Position numbers and translations under genes: made by a program. From NCBI GenBank assembly GCA_011523845.1, contig WTFV01000004.1:38881-102880 (forward strand): a stretch of 64,000 nucleotides of DNA, read 5' to 3'. Below the pieces are notes generated by a model that saw only the letters and a list, made by a program, of their open reading frames with translations, had not been told where the DNA came from and made no database searches. This document shows positions 20,003-28,918 of the stretch, piece after piece. The stretch comes from Acidobacteriota bacterium. GTDB lineage: Bacteria > Acidobacteriota > Vicinamibacteria > Vicinamibacterales > UBA8438. Position 1 is the stretch's first letter; each line of letters begins with the position of its first letter.

Positions 20003-21271
20003 TCACGACCCACCGCCGGCCGGTTGCGCCAACTCGGGCCGCGACGTCCGCGCCGAGAACTCCTGCAGCGCCTCGAACAGCGGCCCGAGATCGGCGAACA
20101 CGTTGCCGACCAGCGCGTCCACCAGCCGCGGATGCAGGTCCGGATGGGCCCGGATGAAGTCCCGGAAGCTGAACGTCCGGTTGTAGAACGACAGCACGAG
20201 CTGCCGGAACTGGTCGAGCGCCCAGCGCATGTCGCGCTCGTACTCCACGAACGTCCCGGCCGTCACGCCGCCCGCGTCGAGGCCGCGGTGCACTGCGTCG
20301 GCCGCCATCTCCCCGCTCTTGAGCGCCATGAACACGCCGGTGGAGAACACCGGGTCGAGGAACGAGAACGCGTCGCCGGCCAGGCAGAACCCGTCGCCGC
20401 CGATCGATTCGGCGCGGTAGCTGAACTCGCCGGTCACCCGCACCGGCTCGACGCGCTTGCCGGTGCGCAGGTGGTCGGCGATCCAGATGCAGTCGGCCGC
20501 CTCGCGCGCGAAGATCGCCTCCGGGTCGCGGGTGTCCCGGTACAGGTAGCCGGCCTCGGCGACGACGCCCACGCTGACCACGTCGTCCGGCAGCGGGATG
20601 TACCAGAACCAGCCCTTCTCGGGGATGTAGGCGACCGTGGTCGCGCCCTCGTCCAGGCCGGGGTCACGCTTCGCGCCGCGGTAGTAGGTGAAGATCGCGA
20701 TCTTCGTCAGGTCCGGGTCGCGCCGCTTCCAGCCGAGCTTCGAGGCGAGGAAGGTGTCGCGTCCGGAGGCGTCGATGACGGCGTCGGCGCGCAGCGTCAA
20801 CCGCTCGCCATCGGGGCCGTCAGCCCGGACGCCGACGGCGCGGTCGCCGTCCATCAGCAGCTCGCGGACCGCCGTGCCCTGCCGCACGTCGGCGCCTCTG
20901 GCCCGCGCGTTGTCGAGCAGCATGCGGTCGAAATCGCTTCGCAGTACCTGCCACGTCGTCGAGCAGGGGTGCTCGATCGTCTCGAAGAAGTAGAACGGTT
21001 GCGACACCTTGCCGGTCGTCGAGACGAACTGCACGCTGTACTTCTTCGGGCACGCCGCCTGCTCGAACCAGTCCAGAACGCCGAGCCGCTCGAACGTGAA
21101 CCACGTATACGGCATCAACGACTCGCCGATGTGGTACCGGGGAAACGCCTCGCGTTCCAGGATCGCCACGCGCCGGCCGTGCTGCGCCAGCACGGTCCCC
21201 GCCGTCGCGCCGGCCGGACCGCCGCCGACGACGATGCAGTCGTAGTGCTCCCGGGTCTCCATCGCGTTCAT
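20003..21271 (-). CDS. FAD-dependent oxidoreductase with flavin-dependent-halogenase signatures
   Basis: 422 aa. CIVVGGGPAGATAG (GxGxxG), GWFWYIP (WxWxIP motif characteristic of flavin halogenases), GDAFSFLDPVFSTGV. ATGA overlap with the upstream gene's stop. Confidence 0.7.
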   Translation of the reverse strand: MNAMETREHYDCIVVGGGPAGATAGTVLAQHGRRVAILEREAFPRYHIGESLMPYTWFTFERLGVLDWFEQAACPKKYSVQFVSTTGKVSQPFYFFETIEHPCSTTWQVLRSDFDRMLLDNARARGADVRQGTAVRELLMDGDRAVGVRADGPDGERLTLRADAVIDASGRDTFLASKLGWKRRDPDLTKIAIFTYYRGAKRDPGLDEGATTVAYIPEKGWFWYIPLPDDVVSVGVVAEAGYLYRDTRDPEAIFAREAADCIWIADHLRTGKRVEPVRVTGEFSYRAESIGGDGFCLAGDAFSFLDPVFSTGVFMALKSGEMAADAVHRGLDAGGVTAGTFVEYERDMRWALDQFRQLVLSFYNRTFSFRDFIRAHPDLHPRLVDALVGNVFADLGPLFEALQEFSARTSRPELAQPAGGGS

Positions 21272-21849
21272 CGTATTACGAGCGGCAGCACCTCGACGAT
21301 GTCGCCGATCTTCGCATCCTTGCGCACCACCTCGGTTCGCCGGCCGTACAGGACGCGCGGCTCGCGCATCCAGAAGACGCCCATCATCTCCGGGTTCGGG
21401 GTGACCGCGAGAAACGCCTTGACGCGGCTCTGGTACTCGAACCGCCCGTCGCGGAGAATGCGGCCCAGCGGCACCTCGTTCTCCAGGATCTGCCGGCGGA
21501 TCTCGTCGCCGAAAGCGTCGAGCCGCATCCGGATCGCACCCATTTCCACCGGCTGCCCGGCGTACTCCTGCACCAGCAGCACACGGCGGAAGTACGAGCC
21601 GCCCTCCGTGAACGTCGACAGCGGCCGCAGCACCACCCGCCCGCCGAAGTGCCGCTCGAGCGTCAGCGTCATGTCGATGTCGTGAACGAGGAGCGAGCGG
21701 TAGGGGAGCGGTATGTCGTCCGGCTGGACCACCTCCACCTGCGGGATCTCGATGCCGGCCCGTTCGTAGACCAGGTCCAGAGGGTAGAGGAGACCACTCT
21801 CGGGAGATTCGGTTAGCCGGCTGGGCGGCAACTCGTGTGATGTCGTCAT
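21268..21849 (-). CDS. chorismate-lyase-like (UbiC/DUF98-type fold) protein
   Basis: 193 aa. GGSYFRRVLLVQEYAGQPVEMGAIRMRLDAFGDEIRRQILENEVPLGRILRDG resembles the R-x-V-x-L...PLG-x-IL core of chorismate pyruvate-lyase/DUF98 proteins. Assignment by eye, moderate. Confidence 0.45.
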   Translation of the reverse strand: MTTSHELPPSRLTESPESGLLYPLDLVYERAGIEIPQVEVVQPDDIPLPYRSLLVHDIDMTLTLERHFGGRVVLRPLSTFTEGGSYFRRVLLVQEYAGQPVEMGAIRMRLDAFGDEIRRQILENEVPLGRILRDGRFEYQSRVKAFLAVTPNPEMMGVFWMREPRVLYGRRTEVVRKDAKIGDIVEVLPLVIR

Positions 21850-21866
21850 GCCACCTTGTCTGTTCC

Positions 21867-22085
21867 TCAGGAGTTGCGCGTCATGGAGCGACTGTGGTTG
21901 TGGATCCTGGTCGGACGCCGGCCGAATGGAGGCTCGATGTTGTAGCTCGGCTTGATTTCGACGCCGAACTTCTTGAGTTCGCGCTCCAGCCGCTCGTGCG
22001 CGGCCACGACGGAGACGTCGATCTTGGGATTTCGCCGGAGCACTTCCTCTCGATCCGGCAGCGAGACGGTTCGCCTGTCAGCCAT
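21867..22085 (-). CDS. small conserved-looking protein (72 aa; 79 aa if started at 22106)
   Basis: MADRRTVSLPDREEVLRRNPKIDVSVVAAHERLERELKKFGVEIKPSYNIEPPFGRRPTRIHNHSRSMTRNS. Balanced Lys/Glu/Ile-containing composition, unlike shadow ORFs. AAGGGG lies 10 nt upstream of ATG 22085. It is wedged with 17- and about 54-nt gaps between the chorismate-lyase-like and HemN-like genes. Confidence 0.4.
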   Translation of the reverse strand: MADRRTVSLPDREEVLRRNPKIDVSVVAAHERLERELKKFGVEIKPSYNIEPPFGRRPTRIHNHSRSMTRNS

Positions 22086-22139
22086 GTCAGAAATACCCCT
22101 TGGCATGAAACGAAAGAGCAGAGTTGCTGGCGGTCGGAC

Positions 22140-23489
22140 CTACGTGTACCGGATGTCGGTGTGGGCGGGCAGGAAGAACCGCGGCAGCAGGCTGTCGACG
22201 CGCAACAGGCCCTCACGCGACAGCCGGACCCGCTCCGGCGACGACTCGGCCAGATAGCCGTCGGACGCGAGCGACGCGAATGGGTCCGTGAAGCGTTCCC
22301 GCACGTCCACCCCGTACTTCGCCCGGAAGTAGGAGGGCCGGATCGAGCCGAGTTTGAGTTGCAGCACCAGCTCGCGGATCAGCCGTTCCTCGTCGGTCGG
22401 CCGGTAGGCGCGGTTGAGGGGGATGCGTCCCTCCTCGATGGCTCGCGCATAGGCTCCCCAAGAGTCCAGGTTCTGCATGTGCACGCCGTTGACGTGCCCG
22501 AACGACGCCACGCCCAGGCCGGCGAGGTCCGCGCCCTGCCAGAGGCGATCGCGATAGACGAAGCTCGTGCGCCCGGGGTGCTTCACCGCCGTGTAGGCGC
22601 TGCCTACGGTATAGCCGGCCTGTTCCAGCGCGGTGAACGCCTCATCCACCCAGCGGCGCTTCGTCGCCCACGGGGCGACGGTCTCCTGGAACTGTCCGGT
22701 GCCGCGCAGGCGGTCGCCGCTGATCGTCGTGTTGAACGGCAGCTCCATCTGGTAGATGGTGACGCTGTCCGGATCGAGTGCGACGGTCCTCCGGACCGCG
22801 TCCTGCCACTTCTCGTCGGTCTCGCCGAGCATGCCCGCGATCAGGTCGATGTTGATCTGCGGAAAGTCGATCGAGCGTGCGAACTCGTAGGCCCGGAAGA
22901 TCTCGGCCGAGCGGTGCGCGCGCCCGTTGAGCTCCAGGACGTGATCGTCGAAGTGCTCGACGCCGAGGCTGAGCCGCGTCACCCCCATCTCGCGGATGGC
23001 GCGCAGCTTCGGCTCGGTCAGGGTGCCCGGCTCGCACTCGAACGTGATCTCGCTCGCGGTCGACCAGGGCGTGACGGCCGAGAGCCGGTCGACGAGCCCG
23101 CCGAGTTGTCGGACGGAGAGGAACGACGGCGTGCCGCCCCCGAAGTAGATGAAGTCGAGCGGCCGCCCGGCGATGGCCGGCTGCCCGGCGTACAGCTCCC
23201 ACTCGCGCCCCAGCACGTCGAGATACGACTGCACCTCGGCCGCGTTCTTGTCGGTGTAGACGCGGAAATAGCAGAAGTGGCAGCGTTTGCGGCAGAACGG
23301 GATGTGCAGGTACAGACCGAGCGGGACGCCTTCCGCAGCCGGCGTGGCGAGGGCGGGTCGCGCCGCGTCCGCCACCGCGTCCGCCGTCCAGGTGGAGAAC
23401 GGCGGGTAGTTGGCCACGAAGTAGCTGCCAACCTCCGTTTCCTTCGCGGTCGCCGTGGCCGCCGCTGCCGCATCGCTCATGAAGTTCAT
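22140..23489 (-). CDS. HemN-like radical SAM protein (oxygen-independent coproporphyrinogen-III oxidase family)
   Basis: Start re-set to ATG 23489 (MNFMSD...). LGLYLHIPFCRKRCHFCYF (CxxxCxxC), FGGGTPSFL, RLSLGVEHFDDHVL, IDLIAGMLGET. Confidence 0.85.
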   Translation of the reverse strand: MNFMSDAAAAATATAKETEVGSYFVANYPPFSTWTADAVADAARPALATPAAEGVPLGLYLHIPFCRKRCHFCYFRVYTDKNAAEVQSYLDVLGREWELYAGQPAIAGRPLDFIYFGGGTPSFLSVRQLGGLVDRLSAVTPWSTASEITFECEPGTLTEPKLRAIREMGVTRLSLGVEHFDDHVLELNGRAHRSAEIFRAYEFARSIDFPQINIDLIAGMLGETDEKWQDAVRRTVALDPDSVTIYQMELPFNTTISGDRLRGTGQFQETVAPWATKRRWVDEAFTALEQAGYTVGSAYTAVKHPGRTSFVYRDRLWQGADLAGLGVASFGHVNGVHMQNLDSWGAYARAIEEGRIPLNRAYRPTDEERLIRELVLQLKLGSIRPSYFRAKYGVDVRERFTDPFASLASDGYLAESSPERVRLSREGLLRVDSLLPRFFLPAHTDIRYT

Positions 23490-23839
23490 GATACCAGCCC
23501 GCCGCCCCGCGGCCCGGGCGTCGTGGCCCGACCGGCATTCGGCGGCCGATGCTGAAGCCGGGCGCGTCTGCACCCTGTGACCGCGATCCGCGACCGGCGG
23601 GCCGGTTCTCCCGATGCGACCGGCACGCGTTTCGCGTACAGGACGGCCGTGGACATGATGGACGCTCACGCAGGACGTGCAGCCGCGGTTCGATCCTCAT
23701 CGCCGGTCCCACCGTCTGAGGCGAGTCGGGTTGCGTCTGAGTAGCGGTGCCAGGGCCTGCGCCGCACCAGCGGTGCAGACCCTGGAGAGGCCTGGTTGGG
23801 CGGAAAGCGGGACCGCAAGGCGACGGATTCCGGGCTACG

Positions 23840-24403
23840 ATGGCGTCCATGCAGGGCACGCAGCCGCGGTTCGGCTACACCGACCTCCTGACCATGCCGG
23901 AGGACGGGCGCCGGTACGAGATCCACGGGGGGGAGCTCGTAGTGATGCCGTCACCGCTACTGTGTCACCAGATCGCCGCCGGGGAGATCTTCACCGTGCT
24001 GAACGACTACCGGCTGCGGTCGGGCGGGCGGGCGGTCACGGCACCGTTCGACATCGTGTTCGACGAGTACGACGTGGTGCAGCCGGACGTCGTTTTCTTC
24101 CGGGCCGAGCGGCTTCATCTGCTCGATCCGAATTCGGTGGCGCGGGCAGTGCCGGACATCGTTGTCGAGGTGCTCTCGCCCTCCACGGCTTCCATCGACC
24201 GCGGCCGGAAGATGCGGATATTCGCGGAGTACGGGGTGCCCGAGTACTGGATCGTCGACCCGCTTGGCCGTCAGGTCGAGGTTCATGTTCTGGAGGACGG
24301 CGCCTACCGCCAGGCGCAGGTGGCAACCGGCGGAGACACAGTGCGCTCGGTCCTGCTTCCGGAGTTGACGTTCACCGCTGCCGGCATCTTCACGTTTCCA
24401 TAG
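23840..24403 (+). CDS. Uma2-family (DUF820) restriction-endonuclease-fold protein
   Basis: Start re-set to ATG 23840. YEIHGGELVVMPSP...QPDVVFF...PDIVVEVLSPST...D...KMRIFAEYGVPEYWIVDP shows the typical PD-(D/E)xK Uma2 layout. Confidence 0.85.
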   Translation: MASMQGTQPRFGYTDLLTMPEDGRRYEIHGGELVVMPSPLLCHQIAAGEIFTVLNDYRLRSGGRAVTAPFDIVFDEYDVVQPDVVFFRAERLHLLDPNSVARAVPDIVVEVLSPSTASIDRGRKMRIFAEYGVPEYWIVDPLGRQVEVHVLEDGAYRQAQVATGGDTVRSVLLPELTFTAAGIFTFP

Positions 24404-24653
24404 CCGTCCGGGCCAGCAGCCACAGCGGCCGTCAGCAACCGTTCGGCGGCGGTCATCGCTCGCCCTCGCCGGCTACTTCGTTGGGTGTCGTGGCGCGATC
24501 CCTCTCATTTGCTTTCGCGCTTTGGTGCGTCCAACTGTCCACCACGCTCCTGCAGGATACCGGCGACGATCCGGTGGAGTCGTCTCGCTCGCGCCGTCCT
24601 GCTTGCGAGGTCTCTGCATGCGCTCGTGCCGCGCATCGATTCTCGACAGGTCG

Positions 24654-25820
24654 TCACCCGAAGCAGTAGAGCACGCCGTCCTGCGAGCCGATCACCACCT
24701 TGCCGTCGGCGATCGCGGGGGACGCCGACAGCGGGGCGCCGGTGTCGAACTCCCACAGCTTCTCGCCGCTGTCGAGGTCGAGGATGTAGAACCGCCCGTC
24801 GCCCGAGCCGATGTAGACCCGGCCGTTGGCGGCGGCGGGGGACGAATCCACCCGCGCGCGGGTCATGAACGTCCAGCGCATCTCCCCGGTCTCGGCGTCG
24901 ATGCCGTGGACCATGCGGTCGCGGCCGCCGATGACGACCGTGCCGTCGACGTTGAGCGCCGACGAGTAGAACGGGAAGTGCCGCCGCGGGTGCTCGTAGC
25001 GCCAGAGGATATCGCCGGTTCCCAGGTCGAGGCTGACGACCTCGTTGTCGAACGTGCCGAAGTAGGCGCGGCCGTCGCGGATGGCCGACGACGCGGCGGT
25101 GTAGGCGCCGGCCGGCACGCTGGTGATCTCCTCGCCGTCCGAGATGCGGACCCCGTGGAACGTCTCGTCGCAGCCTCCGAAGTAGGCGATGCCCTCGGTG
25201 ACGGCCGGCGTCGCGTGGACGTAGTTCTGGGTCTCGGCCTGCCACTGCAGCTCGCCGGTCGCCGCGTCCAGCCCGTACAGGTAGCCGTCGTACGACCCGA
25301 TCAGCACACGGTCCCCGGACAGCACCGGTGACGACTTGATCTCGCCCTGCGTGGCGTAGGTCCAGACCTCCTCGCCGGTCTCCGCGTCGACGGCGTGCAG
25401 CACGCCGGCCAGGTCGCCGATGTAGACCAGCCCGTTCCCGACGGCCGGCGACGACTCGCCGATGCCCATCCGCTCGCTTGCCCGATAGCGCCACTTCGGA
25501 TCGCCGGTCTCGAGATCGAGCGCAACGAGTTCGCCGGTGTAGGTGCCGACGTAGACCGTCCCGTTGACGATGGCGGCCGACGAGTCGATCGACTCGCCCG
25601 CCTCGAACGACCAGAGCAGCCGCGGATTCTCCGGCACGGTTGCCGACGAGACGCCGGTCAGGCCGGCCGTGCCGCGGAACTGCGTCCAGGCGTCCGGCGG
25701 CGCCGCGTCCTGGGCTGCTGCCGCCCCGGCGCCGGCCAGCGCTACCGAGGCGACGAAGACAGCGGTTGCGGCGACCGTCGCCGCGAACGTCCTGGGGTGT
25801 GACTGACTCAGTAGGCGCAT
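24654..25820 (-). CDS. PQQ-like beta-propeller repeat protein (BamB-like)
   Basis: Start re-set to ATG 25820 (MRLLSQ..., signal peptide). Repeated G-x-L-x-ALD-x-x-TG-x-x-W blades: LVALDLETGDPKWRY, LHAVDAETGEEVWTY, LYGLDAATGELQWQA, VVSLDLGTGDILWRY, VHGIDAETGEMRWTF, FYILDLDSGEKLWEF. Confidence 0.85.
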   Translation of the reverse strand: MRLLSQSHPRTFAATVAATAVFVASVALAGAGAAAAQDAAPPDAWTQFRGTAGLTGVSSATVPENPRLLWSFEAGESIDSSAAIVNGTVYVGTYTGELVALDLETGDPKWRYRASERMGIGESSPAVGNGLVYIGDLAGVLHAVDAETGEEVWTYATQGEIKSSPVLSGDRVLIGSYDGYLYGLDAATGELQWQAETQNYVHATPAVTEGIAYFGGCDETFHGVRISDGEEITSVPAGAYTAASSAIRDGRAYFGTFDNEVVSLDLGTGDILWRYEHPRRHFPFYSSALNVDGTVVIGGRDRMVHGIDAETGEMRWTFMTRARVDSSPAAANGRVYIGSGDGRFYILDLDSGEKLWEFDTGAPLSASPAIADGKVVIGSQDGVLYCFG

Positions 25821-26950
25821 TGATATACCTCCAACGCTTCTCGCGCGCCAAAGGGCCTCGGATTGAACGTGCCGGTCCATTGTGTGGCGGCGGCCGCGGC
25901 GAGGGTGGACAGATCCTGTTCGGGCACTCCGGTCGTCCGCAGGTCCGCCGGAAACCCGCCCGATCGGCCGATCTCGATCAACCGATCGGCCAACCGGTCA
26001 CCGATCCCGCCGGACGCGGCGGCCAGGGGAATTCCGTTGACGAGGTCGCGGTAGAGATCGTCGGCGGCATGTGCGTTCCACCTCACCACGTGGGGGAGCA
26101 GGATGGCCAGCGCCACGCCATGAGTCATGTCGTAGCGTGCGGTCAGGGGATTCGCGCACGCGTGGGCGGCGCCGAGCATCGACTGCTCGATGGCCACGCC
26201 CGCGTAGAAGGCGCCGAGCTGCATCGCGCCTCGCGCCTCGATGTCGTCAGGGTGGTCGAGTACGCGTTCATAGTTGGCGTTCAGCAGCCGGAAGGCCTCG
26301 CGCGAGAAAAGCGCCGAGATCGCGGTACGGCGCTTCGTCACGGCGGTCTCCACCGCGTGAGCGATGGCGTCGAATCCGCCGGCGGCGGTGACCGCGGGAG
26401 GCTGCGAGAGGGTCAGCTCCGGGTCGAGGGCGGCCACGCGGAAGGCGAGCTGGGGGTCGCCGCACGCCATCTTCATGTGGGTCTCGGCGTCGGCGATGAC
26501 CGCGTAGCTCTGCGCTTCCGAGCCGGTGCCGGCGGTGGTCGGGACGGCAATCATGGGCAGCAGCGGCTTGTGCGCGTGCCCGTAGCCGCGATAGTCGGCC
26601 ATCGCGCCGCCGTTCGTCAGCAGCAGGTTGACACCCTTGGCGCAGTCGAGCGAGCTGCCGCCGCCGAGCCCGATGACCGAATCCGGCCGGAACGTCCGTG
26701 CGAACGCGACGCCCCGTTCGACCATTGTCGCGTCCGGATTCACGTCGAAGTCGTCGAAGACCTCCACCTCCAGCCCGGCGGCCCGCAGCAGGCCGAGCGC
26801 GCGGTCGACGTGACCCGCCTCCTCGAGGCCGTGGTCGGAGATCAGCAGCGGTCTCGCGAAGCCGAGATCCCGCGCCAGCGTTCCGAGGCGCCGGATGGCG
26901 CCGGCCCCGAACACGAGGCGCGTCGGCACGTGAAAGTCGAACGGTGTCAT
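25808..26950 (-). CDS. iron-containing (group III) alcohol dehydrogenase
   Basis: 380 aa from ATG 26950. VIGLGGGSSLDCAKG, AVPTTAGTGSE, and GFDAIAHAVE...LGAAHACANPL...HGVALA metal-binding histidines. Confidence 0.9.
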   Translation of the reverse strand: MTPFDFHVPTRLVFGAGAIRRLGTLARDLGFARPLLISDHGLEEAGHVDRALGLLRAAGLEVEVFDDFDVNPDATMVERGVAFARTFRPDSVIGLGGGSSLDCAKGVNLLLTNGGAMADYRGYGHAHKPLLPMIAVPTTAGTGSEAQSYAVIADAETHMKMACGDPQLAFRVAALDPELTLSQPPAVTAAGGFDAIAHAVETAVTKRRTAISALFSREAFRLLNANYERVLDHPDDIEARGAMQLGAFYAGVAIEQSMLGAAHACANPLTARYDMTHGVALAILLPHVVRWNAHAADDLYRDLVNGIPLAAASGGIGDRLADRLIEIGRSGGFPADLRTTGVPEQDLSTLAAAAATQWTGTFNPRPFGAREALEVYQCAY

Positions 26951-27123
26951 CGCTAGAGCTGCCGTCGCTGTTGGCAGCCTTCGAATATACCCCGACCCGC
27001 AACGCCCCGAGTCCGACATGTCCGACATCGATTGTACGCGTGCCGAGCAGGCATGGCGGTGACGTTCATCTCCATGAGCGCCGTCAGCCACCGATAGGGG
27101 CCGATTTGGACGATCTGCCACGT

Positions 27124-27666
27124 CTACGCAGCCCGTTCGGCGTCGAATTCGCGCAAGGCGCCCGGAACCGCGTCGACGAAGCGCGCGGCGCGCGTGTACA
27201 GGGCATGAATCTCTTCCGTCGTCTTCTCCAACGGGAAGGTACCGAAATCCTGATGTACGAGGCGATTCCGGTCCCTTCCGAGTTCGAGGAACGCCCGGAC
27301 CGAGGCGTCGAGCTCGTCGTCGGCCTTGATCCTCTCCTTCATGAAGTCGCGGAAGTCCGTTCCGAACAGACCGAAGAAGCTGTTGGCGTTGCTCGTGTCC
27401 CACTGGAACCACGTGTGGTACTGACGGGTCACCGCCTTGTTGCGGACCAGCGCAGCAACCAGCGCGTTGCGGTTCGTTGCGTCTTCGACGAACGATATGA
27501 CCGTCTCCGTCATTCGGCGCTCGAAGTAGCTCGCGGATGCGAGCAGCAGTGACTTCCGGAAATTCTCGTCCGCGACGGCACGCAACGACACCTCGCCGGC
27601 TTCTTCGAGGATGGAGAGCAGGCTCGCAAAGCTCTCGTGCAGCTCGTCGACCACGGTACCAGGCAC
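27124..27666 (-). CDS. HEPN-superfamily protein (putative RNase) partnered with DUF262
   Basis: 180 aa, apparently all-helical. Rx4H motif RNRLVH in ELGRDRNRLVHQDFG near the C-terminus. Starts 21 nt downstream of the DUF262 gene. Local GC about 55-58% against about 70% in the flanks. Confidence 0.55.
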   Translation of the reverse strand: MPGTVVDELHESFASLLSILEEAGEVSLRAVADENFRKSLLLASASYFERRMTETVISFVEDATNRNALVAALVRNKAVTRQYHTWFQWDTSNANSFFGLFGTDFRDFMKERIKADDELDASVRAFLELGRDRNRLVHQDFGTFPLEKTTEEIHALYTRAARFVDAVPGALREFDAERAA

Positions 27667-27687
27667 GCCGTCCGCTCCCTTTGCCCG

Positions 27688-28899
27688 TCAGAGGCCGCCG
27701 ACGATCTCGCGGGATCTGGACAGACGTGTCTTGACGTTCGCCGTGCTCGTGGTGTTGGAAGCTGCAGCTGCGGCGAACTCACGATCCTTCCTCAGCGCCC
27801 GCAGGCGGTCCAACGACAGCTCGCCGTCGACCCGGCGCCGCTCGGCGAAGGCTTGTTCGCAGACGGCCGTGAAGGCAGCCTCGTACAGCATTATGTTGAA
27901 ACGACTGTCGTGAGGGTTCCGGAAGGCGTCCTCGGGCAGGCTACGGCATGCGTCCAGAAAAGACCGGAACAGCCCCTTGAGGTAATCGTTCTGGTCGCTG
28001 TCGTGCGTCCTGCACTTCTTCGAGAAGCGGTTCAGGAACCTGAGCATCGACGGTGCGTACGTGTCGCCGTCCACGAGCATGGCGAAGCCGCGAAGGAGGA
28101 CCTCGACATCCTTGAGGTGGAGATCCGGCGGGGCACCGAGGAGCGCACGCCACCTCGATTCGGCATTCATGTCGTACAGCATGGTGTAGAAGCAGGAGTG
28201 GTACATGCTGGTACGGATCTCCTGGGGTCGGAGATTCATCCCGCCTGTGTTCAGTCGATTGAAGATCTCGAATATCGACGAGTCGTCGTCGGACGGCGAC
28301 ACCTGCTTCACGATGATGTTGCGGAGCGGACGCAGGTCGAACTGGGACTGGTACTCGCCGAGAGAATCGTAGTCGAAGCCGTCGAACCTGCTCGCCCGGT
28401 CGGAGAACCGTCCCGAAAGGTGCAGCTTGAATGGCCGAAAGTACTTGTCGTCGTTGAGCACGTCCTCCGGAATGTGTCCGAGGTCGTCGAAGACGGTCCG
28501 CAGTTCCCGGCGGCGTTCCTGGCGCGGGAACCGCCGCTTGATGAAGTAGTAGATGGACATCAGCCGCTGTTGGCCGTCGATGACGAGGAATCGGTTGCGG
28601 GATTCTTCGTACAGGAACAACTGCGGCACGGGCAGGCCGAGGATGAGCGACTCGATGAGCCTGGACGCGCGGGGAAGATCCCAGACGAAGTGTCTCTGAA
28701 ACCCGGGAATCCTGACGGCGCCCCGGTCGATGAAGCTGCCGAGCGTCACCAGGTTGAAGTCGTTCGGGGAGGCGGTGATGTCGTACTGGTCGATGTGGAT
28801 GCCGCCGTCGTCCTCGGCATCGTCCGCGAACCACGTGTTCGGCTGATTGTCCGTTTCCGGCTCCACCTTGTCGATGCTGTGTACATCCATCTTCTGCAT
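27688..28899 (-). CDS. DUF262 (ParB/Srx-fold, GmrSD N-terminal-like) protein
   Basis: 403 aa. IPGFQRHFVWDLPRASRLIESLILGLPVPQLFLYE...FLVIDGQQRLMSIYYF (DGQQR motif) and FEIFNRLNTGGMNLRPQEIR. No DUF1524/HNH domain. Confidence 0.85.
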   Translation of the reverse strand: MQKMDVHSIDKVEPETDNQPNTWFADDAEDDGGIHIDQYDITASPNDFNLVTLGSFIDRGAVRIPGFQRHFVWDLPRASRLIESLILGLPVPQLFLYEESRNRFLVIDGQQRLMSIYYFIKRRFPRQERRRELRTVFDDLGHIPEDVLNDDKYFRPFKLHLSGRFSDRASRFDGFDYDSLGEYQSQFDLRPLRNIIVKQVSPSDDDSSIFEIFNRLNTGGMNLRPQEIRTSMYHSCFYTMLYDMNAESRWRALLGAPPDLHLKDVEVLLRGFAMLVDGDTYAPSMLRFLNRFSKKCRTHDSDQNDYLKGLFRSFLDACRSLPEDAFRNPHDSRFNIMLYEAAFTAVCEQAFAERRRVDGELSLDRLRALRKDREFAAAAASNTTSTANVKTRLSRSREIVGGL

Positions 28900-28918
28900 T
28901 CCGCCCGCCGTCCGGGGT

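Noticed and set aside
23655-23700. About 30-nt similarity to the 5' end of the Uma2 gene (cagccgcggttcg shared with 23861-23873), possibly a duplicated gene start
   Set aside because: Only about 80% identity over about 30 nt in GC-rich sequence, and no extended ORF. Too weak to call.
23681-23705. GGTTCGATCC T-loop-like motif suggesting a tRNA
   Set aside because: The flanking 5-mers (cgcgg / ctcat) cannot form a T-stem, and no acceptor or anticodon arms can be drawn. Not a tRNA.
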